DNA from: the human T2T-CHM13v2.0 reference genome, Homo sapiens
Assembly: GCF_009914755.1 (NCBI RefSeq)
Contig: NC_060942.1
Direction: 5' to 3' (one strand)
DNA length: 64,000 nt
Shown here: one piece after another, positions 54,572 through 64,000 of the stretch
Numbering within the stretch: position 1 is the stretch's first letter
Layout: each line of letters begins with the position of its first letter
The notes under the pieces: generated by a model
What the model saw: only the letters and a program-made list of their open reading frames with translations
What the model was told of the DNA's origin: nothing
The model's database searches: none
Made by a program: the position numbers and the translations under genes

Positions 54572-54666
54572 GTTTGCCTCAGTGAAATGAGGGCACATAT
54601 TCGGACTTGTCAGAAGTACATAGATAAGTATGGACCACTACAAGAACTTGAGGAGACAGCAGCAAG
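54572..54666 (+). CDS. RNF125: RNF125 coding exon 3 (95 nt; absent from the ORF track)
   Basis: Acceptor tttttatgtag|GTT and donor AAG|gtttgt. Encodes [31 protein letters not shown](R), phase 0 after exon 2. Confidence 0.95.
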
Positions 54667-55105
54667 GTTTGTTTCAATACAATATAGTTTAATGCTAAAA
54701 TTGATAATGTTTATAAAGAATTTAATGGGCTGGAAACTTTAACATTCTTATGAAAATATTTACATATTTATGTTTATGTTCTTAACTATAATACCTGGTA
54801 CTGGTAATCATTTGTTGATAGCAATCATTGTTAAGGAATTTTGCACTGTCTACTTTAAAAATTTCCAGGGGTAACCAACCACAGACTGGAGAGATTGGGG
54901 CAACTTCCTCAAACAAGTTTGTGTTAACACAGATCCAAAAATAGAATGCAGAACTGTTACATTTCTGCTAGGCTTTGTTTTCTAATAGATTCCTGAAGTA
55001 GATTGTGTTTGGGATTATCCATCTTCTGTCACCACTGCTCATTTCACCAGCTCATTCCTTATCATTTTGCTTGTTTCTCTTTAGAATATAGACAGCAGCA
55101 TCTCA

Positions 55106-55633
<528 letters not shown>

Positions 55634-56357
55634 CTACTAACCAAATAAAGTGATCTGTGCTCTCTAGCAAAGATTGATGGCTTTCCAGCCATTAATCTGC
55701 CTATGGATTCATGTATCCAATATTGGTATTCTGTATAATTTCTCTCTCCCAGAGAAAAATGTTAGCTCTGCTCATTTTTAGAAAATATACTCAAAATATA
55801 GCTTACATTTCTAAACCTAAAAGTCTAAACAATCACCTCATTCTTTTTGTTTTACTAGAGATCGCCTTGCAAAAGTACCTATTATTATAGGATTAGCTTT
55901 ATACCCTGACTTTATAAATTTCAAATGAGTATTTTAGCTATAAACAGAGTATGGATCCTGTTAGATTGACCACAATGACCAATAGGAAGGAAGGATTACC
56001 AATGGGTTGAGAAAGTGTATGGGTTTGATTGCAAGGTTGATGGCTTTTATGAAAATTTAAAAATATATGAAAGCTAATTTGAATCCCAATTTCTTTTACT
56101 CATTAGAATTAAATAGTAAAGAATTAAAATAATAGAAAATGGAGAGGGTTGTTGATTATTTTACAAGATATATTAATATTTTGATTTATGATAAAAATCT
56201 TTGCTTTACAGAAGAATTTACCACATAATTCAAATTTTAAAAATTCTTACACCTAGAGTTTGTCCAGAGTACAAGTTTTGGGGGACAAGAAGTTACATCT
56301 GTAACAGAAAGTGAGCAAACAACTCCAAGACTCCGTATTGTCCCTAAGAACTTAAGG

Positions 56358-56935
<578 letters not shown>

Positions 56936-57353
56936 TTTTTTTATTTTTTTTGAGATAGAGTTTCACGCCTGTTGCCCAGGCTGGAGTGCAATGGTGTGAT
57001 ACCAGCTCACTGCACTTCTCTTTAGGAGAGAAGTGCAATCTGAGCATGCATTAACTGAGAAACTGAGTATTGCAGCACCCAGCTGTCCTTGGATTACCTT
57101 TTCCTTCCTCCCTTTCCGAATTCACATAACATTTAGATGGGGTGTTATTTGTTTTCCAACTTCACTAGCATATAACTATGTGCATCAGCCTATATTGTTA
57201 ATTTCCAGTGAAGAAGGAAAAGTGACCTGCAGTCCGGGCGAGGTGGCTCACACCCGAAATCTCAGCACTTTGGGAGGTCAAGGCGGGTGGATTGCTTGAG
57301 CTCAGGAGTTTGAGACCAGCTTGGGCAACATGGTGAAACTCCTACCTCTATTA

Positions 57354-57575
<222 letters not shown>

Positions 57576-58034
57576 TTATGTACACTTAGGAATATTTGTC
57601 ACTTATCTGTGCTGTCCAAGATGTGTCCACTGGGCACTTGAAATGTGGCTAGTCCAAATTCAGATATGTGACCAGGTGCGGTGGCTCACGCCTGTAATCC
57701 CAGCACTTTGGGAGGCCGAGGTGGGTGGATCACCTTAAGTCAGGAGTTCGAGACCATCCTGGCCAACATGGTGAAACCCCATCTCTACTAAAAATACAAA
57801 GATTAGCCTGGTGTGGTGGTGGGGGCTTGTAATCCCTGCCACTTGGGAGGCTGAGGCAGGAGGATCCCTTGAACCCGGGAGGTGGGGAGGTTGCATTGAG
57901 CTGAGATCATGCCACTGCACTCCAGCCTGGGCCACAGAGCAAGACTCTTGTCTCAAAAAAAAAAAGAAAAAAAAAGTGACTACTATCTAGTTGCCAACCA
58001 TTTTAATATTATTTGTATTCTGTGCTATTTCCAG

Positions 58035-58125
58035 GTGTGTATGTCCCTTTTGTCAGAGGGAACTGTATGAAGACAGCTTGCTGGATCATTGTATTACTCA
58101 TCACAGATCGGAACAGAGGCCTGTG
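58035..58125 (+). CDS. RNF125: RNF125 coding exon 4 (91 nt): C2H2-type zinc finger; the gene continues beyond the window
   Basis: Acceptor tatttccag|G and donor GTG|gtaagg. Encodes (R)[30 protein letters not shown]. Cumulative CDS 164+154+95+91 = 504 nt = 168 codons with no stop. Confidence 0.95.
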
Positions 58126-58398
58126 GTAAGGATTTTTGTTACATGTATTACAGCAATGTCTGAATTCAGGACACATTAGGAAATCCATTTAATAGATTTA
58201 TATTTATAGATACCTTATAAAGGATAATTATTTAAGTTAAGGTTATGGTAACTCTGTGACTGTTTACAATGTGTGAAAGTGTTCAGTTGAAACTGATAAG
58301 AACGACTAATGTGTAATCACTCATTTATGAAATTACACATTATCTCTAACAGGTAATCATGGGCATAATCAACTAAAATGATCCAAAATGCACAGTTA

Positions 58399-58765
<367 letters not shown>

Positions 58766-58825
58766 TCACGAGGTCAGGAGATTGAGACCATCCTGGCTAA
58801 CACAGTGAAACCCTGTCTCTACTTA

Positions 58826-59035
<210 letters not shown>

Positions 59036-59312
59036 CTAGAAACAAAAAGTAGTCATTCATCTTCATTAATGTGTCGTTTTATTCATGGTTAATATTTATC
59101 CATATGTTTGTATGGTAAATGTACATATTGCTCATTATTTCCTATATTCATTGTGAATGATGCTTTTTCCTTTTCAGCCTTGGCGTTTTAGTTCTTCTTT
59201 GTAGAGTGGCTTTTATAATTTTCATTTTTGTATAGTTGTGAGGTAAGGCAGAGTGGATACATCATTGTTTACTTAAGCTATTTTATTTTTATTTTTTTGA
59301 GACAGGCCATAG

Positions 59313-59776
<464 letters not shown>

Positions 59777-60642
59777 TAAACTTTTCCTTATATTGGAATT
59801 TTTCTAAGAGGAAATTCCTTACATTATTATTTCTGCAATTAATAATGCAGACTTTTTATTAGCTCTTGAAATGTACTTTTAAAGTGCTTTCCAAAAAGTC
59901 TGAGTCAATTTATATTTGTGTCAGCAATGTATGAGTAAACCACTTTTACCTTAATCTGACCATAATTGGGAACATTTATTTTTAATTTACCCTGGCTCAA
60001 CAAATATAAAATGATACTTTGAAGATTATTTTATGTAGTATGTAGTTTTATGTAATATATACACAAATGTGTGTGTGTTGTTTTCTCATATGAGTTTTTA
60101 GGGGTTTTTAATTTTAGGGTTTTTTCCATAAAATCCTTTCAGAAAGTGGATGAAATTAAAACATAAATATATTAGACAGGTAGGTAGATAGATAATGGAT
60201 AGAAATAAAGATGATAGAGAATAAAGAGAAAGATACAGCCGGGTACAGTGGCTCACACCTGTAATCCAGGACTTTGGGAGGCCAAGTGGGCAGATTACTT
60301 GAGGCCAAGAGTTCGAGACCAGCCTGGCCAACACGGTGAAACCCCGTCTCTACTACTAAAAATACAAAAATTAGCAAGGCATGGTGGCATGCGCCTTTAG
60401 TCCCAGCTACTCGGGAGGCTGAGGTGGGAGGATTGCTTGAGCCTGGAAGGACGGAGGTTGAAGTGAACTGAGATCGTGCCACTGCACTCCAGCCTGGGTG
60501 ATAAAACAAGAACCTGTCTCAGGCCGGGTGCAGTGGCTCATGCCTATAATCCCAGCACTTTGGGAGGCTGAGGCGGATGGATCACCTAAGGTCAGGAGTT
60601 CAAGACCAGCCTGACCAACATGGTGAAACCCTGTCTCTACTA

Positions 60643-60816
<174 letters not shown>

Positions 60817-63256
60817 TCAAAAAACAAACAAAAAAAACCAAAAAAACCTGTCTCAAAAAAAAAGAGAGAAAATCCTCACAGCAATCCTATGAGATAGGCT
60901 TGATGATTATCCCCATTTTAAAAATGATAAACTGAGACTCAGAGAGGTTAAGTCAATCATACAAGGTCACACAGCTGGTAAGTAACAAAGACAGAATTTG
61001 AATACAGTGATCTAGCTCCAGGGCTGTGTGGGAAACCCCTGTGGTCTATAGCAAGTTCAAGAGAAAAGCATGCAGAGATATTTGTTATTGATCTTAATGG
61101 CCTAGGGAGTTGGCAATTGGAATGGCTAAGTAGGAGCTTGTTAGGTGTTGAGGGAGCAGAGCCGATGGTCACGGGCTTTTCCTGCTCAAGTTGCTCTGTA
61201 GGAGGAACTGGGCTAGGGAGTTGTTTCACAATAGGTCCCTGGGGAGCTAGAGGAAGTTAGAAGAAAGCATAAGGATGGAATGATAGTGACTACTATCACT
61301 GAGTTTACTGAGTTATAAGTATTTTCTTGTCTCCTAGCAACTCTGTGAAGAAGGTTGAACCCTGACCATTAGTACCCAGGGTGCTGCTTTGGCTGGAAGA
61401 ATGCCAGGCCCTCTGGACTGTGGTCCTAGGCTGCATCTAAGCAGCAATCTGGGGCAGGCCGTGTACTGGTCAGTTCCGTGGTACTGTGTACCTGCTCCAG
61501 CAGAAATCCAGTCCACATGCTGCTCAGTTTGGCCCAAATTGAAGGTGGCCCATGAAGCTAGGTCCTCCATGATTTTACAGGTCTTCAGGGTCATTGAAGA
61601 CAGCTGACCTAAGCAGGGAAACAAACTAGGAATGGTGGAATCAGATTGCCTGTGGGATTTTGTAGTTAAATCCTAGGCTTTAAAGGGGATAGGCTTGGTT
61701 CTAATCCCAGGAAGTCTATTAAATTCTGTCACTGTTTCATCATTTGTAAAATGGGGATGGTGATGACATTCATGCCTTTTTCACAAGTAGTAAATGAATC
61801 AGGCATATAATAAAGTAAGCACTCTGTCTCCTGGTGATCACTCCATTAATAGAAGAGGGTGGTGGTGATAGTGGAGGTTCACTACACTTTTTCAATTCTA
61901 TAAAATCAGGCCTAGAGAAGATTTCTTAGAGGAAGTGATGTCCTCTCACAGTTAGAGAACCCACATGGGGTGGTGGTGTGAGTCGGGGGGGTGGCGGGGA
62001 GGAGGAGGATGGGGAAGTGAAGTGGTAAAATCTCACCACAAAGACCAGGATGCTATCATGGCCTTGAAGCAGGAGCAGATTGTTCAGAAATCCAAGGTTC
62101 TGTAATACCCTAGGGCTGTCTAGAGGTGGTAATTGGAACACAAGACCTTCAGGTGTCCTGTGTTAGTGTTTCACTCTTGAGCAGAAGCTCAGGAGCATGT
62201 CACTCTGAAGGATCTAGAGCCACTAGAAGTCATGATTTACCCCATGGTTAGGAAAAGGCAGGGGACAGATATGTGGTATAGCTGGGGTTCACGTGCTTAG
62301 GGGTCCCTAATGGGGACATGTGGGTGAAAACACACTGAGGGAAGTCCTGGGCAAGGAGGGCTGGGTCCAATGCTGATTCTGGATGGGTGTGGAAGTTAAC
62401 CAGGAATTATTGCTTTAAAGGACTGGATTACAGGTTTTGCAAGCAGATAAGATCAGTGACATCATCTGACTTACCTCACATAAGAGGTTTCCTGGCATTT
62501 AGAGATTTCCTGGGTAAATGATTCTTCTGACTTCCAAAAATAATTAGATAACTCAGAGATCAAACCACAAGATAACCATCTTTTCTTTCTGAGCTGCTCA
62601 AGAATGATAAAATGTTTGTTAAAAACATCAGGGGATTTTGACTTTTCTTATATGCATCCTTAAGAGCCAATAGCTCCTTTTTGTCAAGCAGTAATTATAT
62701 TGTTATATTCTGCCATTTTTTAAAATTTGGAGACAGGGTCTCGCTCTGTCACCCAGGCCGGACCGCAGTGGTGCAGTAATAGCTCACTGTAACCTTGAAC
62801 TCCTGGGCTCAAGTGATCCTTACCTCAGCTTCCTGAGTAGCTGGAACTACAGGTGTGCACCTTCACAACTGGATAATTCTTTAATTATTATTTTTTTATT
62901 TTTTATTTTTGGTAAAGATGAGATCTTGCTATGTTGCCCAGGCTGGTCTCAAATTCCTGGCTTCGAGCTATCCTCCCACCTTGGCTTCTGAAAGCATTGA
63001 GTTTACAGGCATGAGCCACTAAGCTCGGTTATTTATTTTTTTAAATAATAATTCCATCTCTGGAATATTAGACTCGAAGGAAGCAGGTGACACAAACAGC
63101 ATGCTTTAGACTGAATTATGAGACCACTTTTTTTCTTTTTCCTTAAATGTAGATAACATTAATGAGACCACTTTTGAGAGAAATGTATTTTATTCTGTAA
63201 AGGGAAGATGTTTTAGCAAGAACCTTGCCCTCCAGCTAGTCTCTCTGTCTAGAGTG

Positions 63257-63296
<40 letters not shown>

Positions 63297-64000
63297 AAGA
63301 GACGGTGTTTCATCATCATGTTGCCCAGGCTGAGTCTCGAAATTGTGAGCTCAAGCGATCTGCTCTCCTCGGCCCCGCAAAGTGCTGGGATTACAGGCAT
63401 GAGCCACCGCGCCTGGCCTCAAAGTTCTCTTTCTTTCACTGGTTGGCTCTTACTCATCCTTTGGAGCTTAGCTTAAATTTTACTTCCTCAAGGAAGCCCT
63501 CCCTGATACTCATTAATTTCAGCTTTTGCTTTTCTCCCCTCTACTTTTCAGTATTTACCACAACTTATAATTGCATATTCATTTCATGTCTGTCTCTCCC
63601 TCTAATTTATTAGGCTTATGGAGTCATGGGACCTAAGTCTTTCGTTTAACACTGCATGCCCAGTTCTTTGCAGAGTGCCTAGAACATAGCAGGATGTAGT
63701 GATGTGGAAAAAAGATAGTAAAGAAAGACAGGCTGGGCGCGGTGGCTCACATGTGTAATCCCAGCACTTTGGGAGGCCAAGGCAGGTGGATCACCTGAGG
63801 TCAGGAGTTCGAGACTAGCCTGGCCAACATGGCAAAACCCCGTCTCTACTAAAAATGCAAAAATTAGCTGGGCATGTTGGCAGGAGCCTGTAATCTCAGC
63901 TACTCAGGAGGCTGAGGCAGGAATCGCGTGAACCCAGGAAGCGGAGGTTGCAGTGAGCCAAAATCATGCCATTGCACTCCAGCCTGGGCGACAAGAGCAA

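Overview
Primate (human or great-ape-like), very Alu-rich eukaryotic genomic DNA; no CRISPR array, rRNA or operon structure is present. The only real protein-coding gene seen is RNF125 (RING E3 ubiquitin ligase, TRAC-1) on the + strand: a CpG-island promoter near 31 kb and coding exons 1-4 (codons 1-168); later exons lie beyond the window. Upstream and in the same orientation is a 5.8-kb internally deleted HERV-H provirus (12810-18608) with a tRNA-Phe-type PBS and a 3' LTR that has lost its TATA box and poly(A) signal. The provirus's major splice donor could join a strong acceptor at 30949, in frame with RNF125; this is the main hypothesis and is not demonstrated. Intron 1 holds an antisense two-LTR MER4-group (MER65-like) element with an embedded tRNA-Glu relic and an antisense processed HMGN2 pseudogene. 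Intron 2 holds a sense LTR12F-like LTR with a CCAAT array and a very young Alu with an unusual mix of diagnostic positions. Almost all ORFs in the supplied track are Alu or LTR artefacts. Repeat family names come from recalled consensus sequences, not from a database search.
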